DNA of 64,000 bases from Trypanosoma brucei (lineage: Eukaryota): positions 1,120,001-1,184,000 of the forward strand of contig CP000068.1 of the NCBI GenBank assembly GCA_000002445.1, read 5' to 3'. How positions within the stretch are numbered: position 1 is the stretch's first letter; every line of letters starts with the position of its first letter. Below the pieces are notes generated by a model. It was not told where the DNA came from. It searched no databases and worked only from the letters and a program-made list of their open reading frames with translations. The translations under genes were made by a program, and so were the position numbers. This document shows, in pieces, positions 33,701 through 42,846 of the stretch.

Positions 33701-34480
33701 CGGAATGGTTTGACTTTGCTCGTTGAAGATGAAAATACCAACGGTATTTCAGCAAAGGGTGGCAGTGGAGGAGCTCCCCTTGTTGTGTTTGATGAGCGTG
33801 AATTTCGGTCTAGACTGCCTTATGAACTGTACTGCCGTGGAATTGACTTAGTCCCACTAACTCTTTTGACCGGAGACTATGTTCTTTCTCCAACTTACGC
33901 GCTTGAGCGCAAGAGTTTGCTAGACTTCATTCACTCACTTCACACTGGACGTGTTAATTCCCAGCTTTCACGTCTTTCCCGGTCTTATGATCACCCTATG
34001 CTACTTATTGAGTTTGACCGCAGCACTCCCTTCCGACTCTCCTTTGGACTCGCTGGCAGTGTGGGAGAACATAGTGAGACCGGTTTGTTTTCTCGAATCG
34101 CTCGGATCTTCACTTCCTTCCCGCGGGTACACGTAATCTGGACTCGTGATGCAACACAGTCCGCAAGTTTCATTCATTCTATGAAACGCACATGCGCTAG
34201 TGAGTCGATTGATCCGAGTGCCCCATATTTGACTTGCGCAACTGTTGATTACTATTGCCCAGCGGGGGCAAAGGAATCTTCGCATTACGCCACTCGCGTG
34301 CTTTCCTGCTTTCCGGGGGTTACACCAAAAAATTTGCAGCGTGTCATGGCACTTTGTGGTTCGCTAGCCGGCTTGGGAACCGTTGAAGAAGAGGCCCTTG
34401 CAGGTGTAATGGGGAGCGCTGCTGCCAGGGAACTTTATGCCTTTATACATGGGGAATCTGTGCCACCTACTCAGACATAA
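30752..34480 (+). CDS. ERCC4: DNA repair endonuclease XPF/ERCC4 (Rad1 family)
   Basis: Nuclease domain VVFDEREFRSRLPYELYCRGIDLVPLTLLTGDYVLSPTYALERKSLLDFIHSL carries the GDXnERKX3D signature. C-terminal tandem HhH LQRVMALCGSLAGLGTVEEEALAGVMGS..ARELYAFIHG. The N-terminal helicase-like region has YYQSGGIVVLCSRVLCADLL, matching XPF YTQGGVIFATSRILVVDFL. Confidence 0.85.
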   Translation: MPQTVSSRIAECCTAADSDGGSAQLCVVSIGFDIECITANIVRRVVEACNLPSPNACVSCVVLPDGTGDSVLLRVASTLTRILSNNDSTVRNDNSVAVVNVHAVLEGTMPRQRCTYYQSGGIVVLCSRVLCADLLHRRVARELIGCVVVLLRRQRVDGIAHTVGFCAEILLRGGGPLLLPTHRKHPPFVLLSDDPFFVRYAIQHPRVRQEPFLVQVRVDNVLLFPRFRLDIMRHFENVASQRPLIVDRFTVNMARTTYILDDLLCKVIMEIVTELHEVCKRMGPSGCCRNHSCFPNSNDQAPRNAHKRGASNTRSGIADGDEPHSRLDPLSQRQRLDHCSGGQPNGSPPGYSRKPWVVSAKRAVINFAGILYENAININDRSLDDDLHYALRTHDTGWPYGKLCESLIDLRKLRRIVRSGSPYAAVLELEELLMERTPRFAGPSLRTGWATVQHPDALWTLSQHFSSITKLFVYRIGEVKEVSNTTPQCGGCTSRTYINVDTATPASVEDEDSSKVIVIDGDDTNTDSGTDDDDDDDNDDVLCVSEVRPKRFLVPRVDEVDPCMELTNRLTMNWGRDAHRKQVIGASALSSDDPLKVKPRVLMVVVFGRMAFQRYSCRLAYSLADFQALDLDCFVTMYQGRHGAKQQRYTQNPTPEASDAAKLRTWFFHHKVESVDDDVEHKAGEGADDDTEKQGGLDNSTTFSKDPSFLFSDKCSVLGGPRGSDNVGLSTSTDGTSHLNESGRNCGHNGVSLHRLIMKQGQSLSSMHRSQGGLRNGSDGLTDAVTASAAPGSSTCILKFDYARDSVARLTFHSCEGDSSPSALPLHVAVVDGNKLCVSSLVEFIKGTHSALTPDSTDDDGAPADSLRVVRIIVVEQQLRFMRMLEMAQDVLSPQHLKNLRVQVLVERSPASSSAPSSQTGGGTLPEDPVVAEEQEAFAALAHAKATLPATLIADRNAVRLVEERLDSAVLDEGRVRRGRRPSRNGLTLLVEDENTNGISAKGGSGGAPLVVFDEREFRSRLPYELYCRGIDLVPLTLLTGDYVLSPTYALERKSLLDFIHSLHTGRVNSQLSRLSRSYDHPMLLIEFDRSTPFRLSFGLAGSVGEHSETGLFSRIARIFTSFPRVHVIWTRDATQSASFIHSMKRTCASESIDPSAPYLTCATVDYYCPAGAKESSHYATRVLSCFPGVTPKNLQRVMALCGSLAGLGTVEEEALAGVMGSAAARELYAFIHGESVPPTQT

Positions 34481-34911
34481 ACTTGTGTTTGGTTGTGTTA
34501 GACCCAATATGTAGCAGTTGCTGGAGGAACCGAAGCGTCCTGGCTGTGTCCTGGTTGTACTAAATCTTGAATTAACCCAATGAGAATACATGACATGGTT
34601 TCACATTACCTTAATCACTTCCCTCTGCAATGCGGGCTAGGAACTTGGCTGCAGGGGTTACTGATAAAGGACCTACAAAACTGATTGTCCTCGGCGTTTC
34701 ATTGTCATCTCAGCTATTATTTTCAACCATCTTTTTAGCCAGCGGTTTGAATACATTTTCGGCAGTGCTCGTTCGTATCGCTGTACACTCCTCTCTCTTT
34801 CCCTCTAGATATATGTCCAAACTGTTAGGAGGGAGCAGTCTATCAAGAGATGGAGGAGTGAAGGAGGTTTTGATGTGGTGCAAAAGGTGGAGAGAAATGA
34901 GAAACTATTCC

Positions 34912-34966
34912 AACTATCCTCTTTCCTTTTTTCTTTTCTTTCTTTCTTTTTTTTGCCTTCTCTGAG
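34912..34966 (+). promoter_or_regulatory. Polypyrimidine tract plus AG: putative spliced-leader trans-splice acceptor region for the downstream gene
   Basis: ctttccttttttcttttctttctttcttttttttgccttctctgAG lies about 60 nt upstream of the first ATG of the 35023 ORF. Confidence 0.4.
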
Positions 34967-35022
34967 TGGAGGTATGAATCGTTTACTTTGGTTGCTTTGA
35001 ACTTTTCTCCATTTGAAGGAGT

Positions 35023-36084
35023 ATGTTACTCAAAGTGTCGCATCTCTACACTTTCACAAATTGTATACATATTCTCTCTCTTTTCTTGAAAACTTCTGTC
35101 CATGAATTAACTGTGATTCCTCTTATAGCGTTTTTACGCGTAAAGGAACCATTGTTCCCTTCAAGTGCACCACAGATAATAGCACAGTGGCGCCAACAAC
35201 CAGCTGCACGTGAAGTATCGCTTAGTTGCATATTTTATTGGTTAGGTTTCTTGCATATTTCACCTGTTCCTTTCCGCTATACTTTGTGGTCAGTGTATGG
35301 GTACCGGGTTTTTATGGCGCCGCCGATATCGCTGCCGTCATTGCGATCTGTGGACCGCTCTTCCACTAAAGTGTTAGTTGCGGGGCACATTTCTGCCGTC
35401 AATACCGTACTCGATGTGTTTCAGATGGACTACAGTGAATCGGTACGAATGTACCGCGTTTGCAGGCGAGGTAAAAATGGGTTTGCAAAAATATTTCCCT
35501 TCTTGCGACCTGTTTATGCTAATATAGCATTATTGATTATTGTTGTGGGATGTCTAGTAGGCTCGCAAGCGGGGCTTAGAGGCGTTTTGCCAAATATTCC
35601 GCAAAGCTGGGTTTCATGGTCCAAGTGGACTGGTAGTGGTACCGCCGAGCATGTTGTTATGTGGCAACTATCGTGTTTTCACATTTTTATTTTGGGTTGT
35701 CTTTTTTTGCTGATTCTACAGTTTGTGAGGAACTTGTTTTTTGTGCATGTTGATGAAGTGACTGCGATACGTGGCCTTGGGTTGCAGTTGAACAGTTATA
35801 ATGCGCTCGGTAGGTTGTGTTTCCAGCGATTTGTTGATATAAGACTTATACGCTCACTTGTTATCCACGACGCCTTCTTTCGCACACAGGTTCTCTTCTT
35901 CCTGTCCGCCACAGTGGAGAATGAAGCAAGCCGACTCGTGCTATTTGAAGAAACGCTGCCTCGATTGGATGTGCTTCAACCCGTGTTGTGCGGGTTGCGG
36001 CATGTACTTTTCGGGGAGCCCGAAGATGTTGTGACGGAGGACAGCTTTGAGTGTCAAACGGCTACACAAAACGTTCTCAACTGA
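35023..36084 (+). CDS. Hypothetical protein, possibly membrane-associated; uncertain gene
   Basis: 353-aa ATG ORF that begins right after the polyY/AG signal. Hydrophobic stretches ALLIIVVGCLVGS and IFILGCLFLLILQFV. No recognisable domain. Codon usage is only moderately coding-like. Confidence 0.35.
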   Translation: MLLKVSHLYTFTNCIHILSLFLKTSVHELTVIPLIAFLRVKEPLFPSSAPQIIAQWRQQPAAREVSLSCIFYWLGFLHISPVPFRYTLWSVYGYRVFMAPPISLPSLRSVDRSSTKVLVAGHISAVNTVLDVFQMDYSESVRMYRVCRRGKNGFAKIFPFLRPVYANIALLIIVVGCLVGSQAGLRGVLPNIPQSWVSWSKWTGSGTAEHVVMWQLSCFHIFILGCLFLLILQFVRNLFFVHVDEVTAIRGLGLQLNSYNALGRLCFQRFVDIRLIRSLVIHDAFFRTQVLFFLSATVENEASRLVLFEETLPRLDVLQPVLCGLRHVLFGEPEDVVTEDSFECQTATQNVLN

Positions 36085-36092
36085 ATATGTGT

Positions 36093-36093
<1 letters not shown>

Positions 36094-36128
<35 letters not shown>
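36094..36128. repeat. (TA)n(TG)n compound microsatellite immediately after the stop codon of the upstream ORF
   Basis: atatatatatatatgtgtgtgtgtgtgtgtgtgtgtgtg. Confidence 0.9.
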
Positions 36129-36677
36129 CGTATGTGCCGATGCTCTGAAACGAGACATCACGAAGCCCGGTTAGGGACCAATGTGGTAGATCGTTTTGCT
36201 CTGCAGCAATGGAAAGAGTAAATGGCACAACAACATACTGGAAAGGAAGGGGAATGTCCTTGGACTAACTTCTTATAGATTCACATTCTAGTAAATATTT
36301 CTTCACTTCTCGTATACTCTGTCGCTGGATGAGCATGGGCGCTGGGGTACGGTTGGTCCAACAATATCGCGACTGCGGTGGCGATTTTTCCTCAGGGGAG
36401 TTAGAGAAAACTTTGAGAAGCAATCGTATTTTCCCCTCCACAGTAGCCGTAAGGAAGGCGGCTATATTTAAGAGCCCCATGTTGACCCTGCCGTTTAAGT
36501 ACTCGTACTAATATCTTACAGCAGCACCTTGTTATATGTTGGGTGGGGTGAGTTCCCATTTAGTTCCAGCTGTTTTTTTTCTTTTTTTCACATCAGGATA
36601 TGTGTGTGCATTTATACCCTTTTGTTTTCTCTCATATGTAAATTGCCGTACACGTGACTCTGAGAGGCGAAGCCGCG

Positions 36678-37355
36678 ATGTTCGTAAGGTTGCCGACCCC
36701 AGGAAAAACTTGTGTTTCGCGACTTCTCATCTCGCGCCGTTTCACTTCGGCAAAACAACATGTAACGCGCAGAAACATTTCCTCACACAACGGCGGTGCA
36801 ACCACTGGCCAAAAGTCTGTCGGAGGGAAGAACTTCGCCAAGCGACCTGAGGATATTGCGCCGCATTCATCAAAAGGGTCGGCAGCAGGTCCAACCATGC
36901 GGAGGAGTCGTTTTTATCGGATTGCTCTCGATCATGGGTTTGGTTTCGCCGTCTATTTTTATATTCTAGGTGAGTCCATGACTCTATCCGTACTGTACGC
37001 TTTACATTCTAATGCCTTAGGAACGGGTGACACATTCGCTTGGATGAACGCTGTGGGTGCAGAACGTTTCGTAAACCTGGATAGATGGGCGCATGCCGGT
37101 CCCACTGTTGTGGGAGTAACCCTCTCATTCCGGCTTCTTCTTAACTATCTTGCTGCCAATGCAATTATGTACCCGATGTATGGGATGCAAATGCGCTTTT
37201 GCGTTGCCACCTTCGGTGTACTTGGTAAAGGATTCAACCCTTTACGGCGGCTTCGGGCCCTTGGCAGAAATGTTACTTCATCGGGTGCTAAACGAACGGT
37301 TCCGCGCGCCCCTTCAGCCACAGCACCTAAAAATAAGGTGAACAGGCTGCCATAA
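36678..37355 (+). CDS. Mitochondrial membrane protein, FAM210/DUF1279-like (tentative)
   Basis: The ORF-track start at 36654 is GTG. The first ATG at 36678 gives the N-terminus MFVRLPTPGKTCVSRLLISRRF, which looks like a presequence. The hydrophobic core RFYRIALDHGFGFAVYFYILGESMTLSVLYALHS resembles the DUF1279 fold. Confidence 0.45.
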   Translation: MFVRLPTPGKTCVSRLLISRRFTSAKQHVTRRNISSHNGGATTGQKSVGGKNFAKRPEDIAPHSSKGSAAGPTMRRSRFYRIALDHGFGFAVYFYILGESMTLSVLYALHSNALGTGDTFAWMNAVGAERFVNLDRWAHAGPTVVGVTLSFRLLLNYLAANAIMYPMYGMQMRFCVATFGVLGKGFNPLRRLRALGRNVTSSGAKRTVPRAPSATAPKNKVNRLP

Positions 37356-37407
37356 TATCTAGCTTCTGCAATGAACTGTTCAGGAAGACTTCGAGGTATT
37401 ATCATTG

Positions 37408-37429
37408 ATATATATATATATATATATAT
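37408..37429. repeat. (TA)n microsatellite
   Basis: atatatatatatatatatatat. Confidence 0.9.
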
Positions 37430-38295
37430 TAAATGTTATCATTGTTGGATGCGCATGTCTTTCATTTGGTGATTTGCAAGCACTCATCCAAGCATATTTT
37501 ATAAGACATGTTGGGTCACAACCCGGGGCTTCGAGGCATGAAGGTTGTTCAGCCAACGAGAAGGCTCAAACTTTACTACTGCTGTTAGTAATCAGAGGGG
37601 TGGCCACGACATGTTTGATAAAGATATCAATCGAAAAGAAAGAGTATTGAGGTGGAGGTAACATGTTCGCCTTCAGCAAGCATCCTTTTAAACGTGTGAG
37701 GGGAGCTGAGAAGTGACGGATTAGTCGCCTCCTCGATTTTGTATTCTTTATGTTGAAAATAGGGGTGTGAGAAGAGTTGTGTGTAGGACATGTGCTGATT
37801 TTGGAACCCCATGAGGAGTTGTGTTTGCTCCGAATAATGGCCATTTATCGTTTAGTGGGGGAGCGTACGTGTCGTTGGTTGTGTGAGTGTCTGGGAAGTT
37901 TGTGTGTGTGTGGGGGGGGGGGACTTTACTGAGGTTTTGTGAAGGGGAATATCGCTTAGATGCGTTTTACTGATTTAAATTCTCATCCACAGCTCTTTCC
38001 TAAAGCTGATGTGGTGTGGCACTGCGTCCTCTGATTACTCGCGAACCTTTTTATTTTTTTTGTTTCCTAAACTTACAAACATCAAGGTGCTCCCAAAACC
38101 TGTAACGTGGAGGGCGCTTCCTCAACTTACTGTCACAGTGTTTGATTTTGTATTAGTAGACCTCGTTTCGGTACTGCGTGTACTTTGTGCTAAACTGCCG
38201 ATGCCCATGTTTCGCGCCGGCCCACTAATCTTCTCATATTCGTTCACCAAACAGGGAGGAGTGGACAAGTGCATACGTGTGTGATCATGTATTTT

Positions 38296-38363
38296 CTGAT
38301 CCTGTTATTTATTATTATTATTACTATTTATTATTTTTTTTCTTTTGGTTTTTGCCACAACAG
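38296..38363 (+). promoter_or_regulatory. Long polypyrimidine tract plus AG: putative trans-splice acceptor for the gamma-CA-like gene
   Basis: ctgttatttattattattattactatttattatttttttttcttttggtttttgccacaacAG lies 11 nt upstream of ATG 38374. The ORF-track N-terminal extension (MYFLILLFIII...) is the translated polyY tract. Confidence 0.5.
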
Positions 38364-38373
38364 GTATATTACC

Positions 38374-39252
38374 ATGCCCGCAACTATTGTGTCCGGCGTC
38401 GCACCGTATTTTGCCTTTATGCTAAAAGATATCGGTGCAAGGCTTGCCATCATGTCGCATTATTTGAAGACAAAGCGTCATATGTACCCCGTAACGCGCC
38501 ATCAAAATGTACGTGCCTACCGCGGCATGCTGCCGTGGACACAAGACAGTGCTTTCATTGCCCCAACGGCTTTTGTGAGTGGTAATGTTTCGCTTGGCCA
38601 TGACACCTGCATATTTTATCACACTGTAATCCGAAACTACAACATTCGTGATGAAACGGCAATTGGTGATCACACCGTTGTAATGGACCGTGTCTCGTTT
38701 CTTGGTCAAGTTCGCGTAGGTGGTGGCGTTTATATTGGTCCCGGCAGCACGTTGGATTGCTGCACCGTTGGCGACAACGCGTATATTGGTGCTGGTGCTT
38801 CCATTGCATTGGGTGCAGTGGTTGAAAATAATGCCATCATCGCCGCGGGTTCTCATGTACCAAAGGATACACATGTATATGCCTATGAGTTGTGGGCAGG
38901 CAACCCGGCACAGAAGGTAGAGGAAGTGAGTCCAGATCAGGTTGCGGAGGTAGCGAGCATCGTACACGATCAAATAGCGGTAGGGAAAGCTCACGCACAT
39001 GCTATTCATGAGCATATGCATCACACGGCAGAACTAGACGCGGAATGGCTCCATCACGCGCTGGAAGCAATGGAGAAGCAACAGCAGCAAATCGCACTCA
39101 AGTTGCCAGTTGACATCCCACTGGAGGCGAAGAGGTTTCTCACTCCACGTGTTCATATGCGTCGACCTGAGATGCACATGCGCATGTCTTATCCGGTTAA
39201 TCGCATTGCTCCATGGATGCCGAAAGTTGCTGATCAAACTGCTAATGCTTAA
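38374..39252 (+). CDS. Gamma-carbonic-anhydrase-like protein (left-handed beta-helix / hexapeptide repeat), probably a non-catalytic CAL-type mitochondrial complex I subunit
   Basis: Hexapeptide-repeat run VSGNVSLGHDTCIFYHTVIRNYNIRDETAIGDHTVVMDRV...VRVGGGVYIGPGSTLDCCTVGDNAYIGAGASIALGAVVENNAIIAAGSHV...ELWAGNPAQKV aligns with gamma-CA. The positions of two of the three Zn-ligand His appear substituted (IGPGSTLDCC where gamma-CA has IGHSAVLHGC). Confidence 0.7.
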   Translation: MPATIVSGVAPYFAFMLKDIGARLAIMSHYLKTKRHMYPVTRHQNVRAYRGMLPWTQDSAFIAPTAFVSGNVSLGHDTCIFYHTVIRNYNIRDETAIGDHTVVMDRVSFLGQVRVGGGVYIGPGSTLDCCTVGDNAYIGAGASIALGAVVENNAIIAAGSHVPKDTHVYAYELWAGNPAQKVEEVSPDQVAEVASIVHDQIAVGKAHAHAIHEHMHHTAELDAEWLHHALEAMEKQQQQIALKLPVDIPLEAKRFLTPRVHMRRPEMHMRMSYPVNRIAPWMPKVADQTANA

Positions 39253-40482
39253 GTTCATTTTTTATTTGTTGTTGGTTACACGACCACGCATAGGTGTAGG
39301 TTTAATACCTCTGGTTTTGAGTCGCTTCCCGCAGTTGTTGTGGGGGGTTATACGTAGGATTCAGTGTGCTGTTTGCTTTTCTAAACCCCAACCTGCTACA
39401 CATTTAATCATTACATGAGGACGATACTTTCTCATCAATGGCGATGTGTTCGACTGTTGCCTCAAACAGTTACTTGAAAGTGTTGAGATGGGGAGCGTTT
39501 TCCCATGATGCATATGATTGATGTGTGTCTTCCAAGTAGAATACGACAGGTTAGGACGTGTGCAAGGAGAGGTAGGGGGTGAGAGGAAAGAAAAAAAAGG
39601 TAGTTTAGTAAATACGAGAGCAGCAGTGGGGAAAAGCAGGACTGTGTGCAGCAGCGCGCAGAACATGCAAAGCCTTAGGTACGTACATAAGTGAGTGGAA
39701 GGTGGGGTATGCTGACCCCACAATAAGGATTTTAGGTAACTTTTGGCGCAGGTTTCGACCCAGATTAGGGGGACAGGGGATGCGTGAAATCATTTAGTTT
39801 CTTTTTTAGCGTACGCACACATGACGGTAAATTCTAGTAATTACTCCCCCTCTTTTCATCTTGCGAGGCGATGTAAGTGCGGTGAATTAATTAACTTCCG
39901 TCTGGCACTTTTTAGGAGTGGCGCTATAGATATGGTGGATTCACCCGCGACTGGTCGTCATTCTTATCCTCGGATGCATATATCCACATTTACTGTGTGT
40001 ATGCCTTTGTGTGTTTCTTCAGTGAGAAATAGCGTTTGGGCTGTTCTCGTTAAGGTTCTTAAAGACGCTGCCCGTTTTTTTTTGTATGTCTCCCAGCTGT
40101 GAAGAAGAAGGGAACAATTTCGACTCCACCGGTAGTTCCGTCATTGACCCTTACCGATTGTTGCGGTTTCCATTTATGATCGAAAATTTGTTTTTCTTTG
40201 TTTTCCTATCCCTCAAACTACTGTGTGTAACATGATATTAACAGTTACGCATACTTCTCTTTCTAAATTTATTTTTTTCTCTTTTTTCCCCCTTGCAATT
40301 TTTTCCGCTTTTGCAATGACTTGATTTTTTCCCTTTCCCTTTAGTGCCGCGGGCCACTCGCTGAACCTCCGCATTTGCAGACACTAGCAAAGAGATCGAT
40401 TGTGCGAAAAGGATATAATTGAAGCGAAAGTTTGCGGCCATCAATAAAATTTGCCCTGCTTCCCACTGAATTAAACTCAAAA

Positions 40483-42225
40483 ATGGCTGCGGAGATAACT
40501 GTTCTAACTTTTAACCTCTGGGGTATCTTTAACTCCAAGCACCGTCCTGAACGCATGGCACACTTCGCCAGCAAAGTAGAGGATTATGATATCATTTTAC
40601 TTCAGGAGCAGTTCTCAGAGTCTGACTTCGATATCATTATCCAAAATATGCCAGAGGAGGTTCGACGCACGCGTTACTTCAAACGGTACCCGACTGCATT
40701 TTACGGCTCAGGTATTGCGGTCATATCGCGGTTTCCTGTCAAGTCCGGTGTGTTCTTCACTTTTCCGCTTCAGGGATTTCCGGAGCAAGTGCTGCATGGC
40801 GACTACTACGCAAATAAGGGAGCAGCGATGCTCTGTGTCAGTGTCCCGTGTAACAATGACGTGGAGGTGAGTGGTGGCAGTGTGATGCACCGTGATGTAC
40901 TGGTGTACAGTACACATCTTGTAGCCGTGTATCAGGTGCCCTCTCAACTGCGTGACTGGCGCGATGAAGTATACCTCGCCGTTCGGTTGAGCCAGGCGAT
41001 TTCGTTTGCCAACTTCATCATAGCAACATCAAATCCCACTGATCATATCATCATTGGTGGAGACTTTAACTCGGAACTCACTTCAATGGAGATACGTACC
41101 ATGCTGATATTGCTCCGGGGGCACGGCTACTGCCTCCGCTCCGTACTTCCAGTTGCAAAAAGACCAGAAGAAGGCATGAGCAAGCATGAATGTATTGAAA
41201 ATCTTGCGCGAATGACTTTTTCCCACGAAAATAAGTTCACATGTACAGACGGGAAAATAATTACTCACGGTGCTTATTCGCCTGTGCAAATCGATCATAT
41301 ATTCATATCGTTCAACACGTTACAGCTATGCTCTTACGAGGATTGTCCAGGTGCCGATGCCAAGTATCCCTTTAAGCAGATTATGGATGGACAGGAGTTA
41401 CCCGCTGGTGTGGTAGTCTTCAGACGAAACGACGAGGTGTTCTTGGGTTCACAATCGAGACCTGGGTCATCGCCAAGGGGTACAGCTGGCGTGAGGCCCG
41501 TACCTTCAGGAGAGCAGGAGGCGAAGGAAATGAGTTGCCCACTTTCAGACCACTACGGTGTCGCAGCTCGGCTGAGGTTGCTTACGGAGGAGGAGAAAAA
41601 TGGGGGTTCTGGTAAGGTCTCTTCCAGAGCAACGGCCTCCAAATTGACAGAAGAGGATGAGGCGTCTCTATGTGAAGCTGTCAGCTTCCTCGAGCACTCT
41701 GTAAAGCGCCTGAAGAGGGAAAGCCGCAAGTATATCATGTTGAGCATTGTTTTTGCAGTTATTATGATGTTATGTATTATTTATATGGTTGCCCGCCCCT
41801 ATTTGCAGATGCACCCAACGCGATCAACGCTAAAGAACATCATATCGTTGTGCCATCACAATGAGCATCCCAACCTGAAGGGAATAGGTGATACTTCACA
41901 ACAGAGGGGGGGAACTGTACGCCGAATTGAACAATTTTTGAAAGACACATTTTCGTTGAATCTGGAAGGTTCGAGAGGTAAGACCCAGGCGGTTGAGTTA
42001 CGTGAACAAGACTACGAAGCAGTCGCTTCAGTGCTTCATGGTGCTGGTCTTCACAACATCTTCTTTCCTCTTGTTGCTGTTGTTGCTTCTATAATGAGCT
42101 TCTGCTGCCTCGTCATCGCACTTCTAAACAGAAAAAGCTACGCCAAAATTATTTCTGATCAGATAACTGAGCTTGGAAATAGCTTTCTGCGGCATGAAAT
42201 GCATAAAGGTAATGGTTGTAAATGA
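40483..42225 (+). CDS. Neutral sphingomyelinase (ISC1/nSMase family; endonuclease-exonuclease-phosphatase fold) with C-terminal transmembrane anchors
   Basis: The ORF-track start at 40432 is TTG. The first ATG is 40483 (MAAEITVLTFNLWGI). EEP signature LTFNLWGI...DYDIILLQEQFSESDF...GSGIAVISRFPV...IGGDFN...DHYGVAARL matches nSMase. Two C-terminal hydrophobic helices are IMLSIVFAVIMMLCIIYMV and IFFPLVAVVASIMSFCCLVIALL. Confidence 0.85.
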   Translation: MAAEITVLTFNLWGIFNSKHRPERMAHFASKVEDYDIILLQEQFSESDFDIIIQNMPEEVRRTRYFKRYPTAFYGSGIAVISRFPVKSGVFFTFPLQGFPEQVLHGDYYANKGAAMLCVSVPCNNDVEVSGGSVMHRDVLVYSTHLVAVYQVPSQLRDWRDEVYLAVRLSQAISFANFIIATSNPTDHIIIGGDFNSELTSMEIRTMLILLRGHGYCLRSVLPVAKRPEEGMSKHECIENLARMTFSHENKFTCTDGKIITHGAYSPVQIDHIFISFNTLQLCSYEDCPGADAKYPFKQIMDGQELPAGVVVFRRNDEVFLGSQSRPGSSPRGTAGVRPVPSGEQEAKEMSCPLSDHYGVAARLRLLTEEEKNGGSGKVSSRATASKLTEEDEASLCEAVSFLEHSVKRLKRESRKYIMLSIVFAVIMMLCIIYMVARPYLQMHPTRSTLKNIISLCHHNEHPNLKGIGDTSQQRGGTVRRIEQFLKDTFSLNLEGSRGKTQAVELREQDYEAVASVLHGAGLHNIFFPLVAVVASIMSFCCLVIALLNRKSYAKIISDQITELGNSFLRHEMHKGNGCK

Positions 42226-42775
42226 AGAGGATTGCTTCATCAGTTGTTACTTCTCTTTTGTTTTCTCTTGTCAGCTCTCGGTGAAGCACCGTCGCGATCT
42301 CTCATGCACCCTCTTTGCGTATTTTTGTCCTGCACTTTGTGCTTAAGGTTGTCGTCGTTAAACGGTTTGGGTTGCTGTTTATGCGCCCCTATACATGCTC
42401 TTTCTTACATGCTCTTCAAAAATATTTGTGTTGTTCGTTGGCAAGAACAGCAGCTTTGTAGTGGAAAGCTGAATTGACTCAATGAATTCATATGTTTATT
42501 TTACCACTACGCAGAGGGGAGGGGGTATGAGTTATGTGTTCGTTGCTTGAACTGTTTGACTGCCAGTAATACCACATTCGTTTTCCACACTTGTGCGTTA
42601 GGCAGCCAACTTGAATGGTCACTTTTTTCTTTTTGAATCACTTCACGTAGAGGTGGACTTCTGTATACATTTTTTCTTCCCCCCTTTTTTTACCCCCTCT
42701 GTCATCTTTTTATCTCTCCTATCTTTCCTTGCTTAACTATCACTCTACATGTATGTATATGTATGTTTATGTATG

Positions 42776-42782
<7 letters not shown>

Positions 42783-42808
<26 letters not shown>
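42783..42808. repeat. (TA)13 microsatellite preceded by degenerate (TATG)n
   Basis: gtatgtatatgtatgtttatgtatgtatatgtatatatatatatatatatatatatatat. Confidence 0.9.
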
Positions 42809-42846
42809 GAAGTGTGGTGGAACGTGGTGGTATTGTGAGGCTGAAT

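Noticed and set aside
38009-38284. 91-aa ORF immediately upstream of the gamma-CA-like gene
   Set aside because: It ends within the polypyrimidine tract and trans-splice region of the next gene. That leaves no room for its own 3'UTR and polyadenylation. No motifs.
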